Positions 63,540 to 64,000 of a stretch of 64,000 bases of DNA are shown here, piece after piece (within the stretch, counting starts at the first letter, position 1; each line of letters opens with the position of its first letter). The notes under the pieces were generated by a model. It had not been told where the DNA came from. It was given only the letters and a program-made list of their open reading frames with translations, and did no database searches. The stretch comes from Chiloscyllium plagiosum. Taxonomy: Eukaryota. Where the stretch lies: assembly GCF_004010195.1 (NCBI RefSeq), contig NC_057756.1, positions 7,444,275 to 7,508,274 of the forward strand, given 5' to 3'. A program made the position numbers and the translations under genes.

Positions 63540-64000
63540 TTTAGATCTTTAAGACAGTGCCACATACGACTGTTTTCCTAAGTGTAGCATTGAATAGTAA
63601 ATGTCAATGACATTATTTGTATCAAGAATGTTGGGTCATATGAAATTATTAACAGCATTCCATTCAATTAGATGTTACTTTGATTTGTATTTATAATACT
63701 GAGACAAGATTTTTAATCTTCACTTGATGGAAGCGTAACAAACCATTTGTTCAAGAAAGCAGCCACAGACACAGAGGAAAATCTCCAACAAATCGACAGT
63801 CAGAAGTGAATTAAGCAGATTGCATTCCATCAAAGAGGTCGCACCGAATTTAACCACGGGGCCCCTCATTAGTGTTAGCAGTGAATTGCAAACGAGTCCA
63901 CTCACATTCTGTCTGCTCCATTTCAGTTTTGTTTTGCAAAAACCTTACCTCTCATTTCATTTACCTCAGAAATGATCTGTTAGTGTCCGAAATTATGTTA

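Larger units (their letters stand above)
39500..64000 (+). repeat. Segmental duplication unit 2 (A2+B2)
   Basis: Paralog of 453-22835. The homology runs to the window edge. Confidence 0.93.

Noticed and set aside
1..64000. CRISPR arrays, operons, rRNA or prokaryotic defence systems
   Set aside because: The sequence is vertebrate-like with spliceosomal introns and LINE/SINE content, and no regularly spaced repeat-spacer array was seen.

Overview
Eukaryotic, repeat-rich genomic DNA. It is most likely from a cartilaginous fish (shark), inferred from HE1/V-SINE-type SINEs, CR1/HER1-type LINE tails and the GPCR subfamily. The only host genes are four tandem, + strand copies of a two-exon rhodopsin-class (class A) GPCR resembling the orphan GPR139/GPR142-like group, spaced about 20 kb apart. 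They alternate as two subtypes. A1 (exon 2 at 1853-2694) is a pseudogene. B1 (18215-18281 + 21456-22365) has a single 1-bp frameshift. A2 (37673-37739 + 40896-41806) and B2 (59374-59440 + 62629-63539) are intact 325-aa genes, and B2 has Asp instead of Asn at position 1.50. The layout reflects an older ~20 kb A/B duplication followed by a younger ~39-41 kb duplication of the A-B pair. The three visible promoters share an AP-1 site, a C/EBP-ATF (amino-acid-response-type) site and a TATA box at identical spacing. The rest is decayed CR1, Rex1/Babar-like and other LINEs, SINEs, Gypsy relics, candidate LTRs, short Penelope-type insertions with minimal hammerhead-ribozyme motifs, microsatellites and a 432-N assembly gap. 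Most ORFs in the supplied track are transposon fragments or noise. All alignments were done by eye and no database searches were run.
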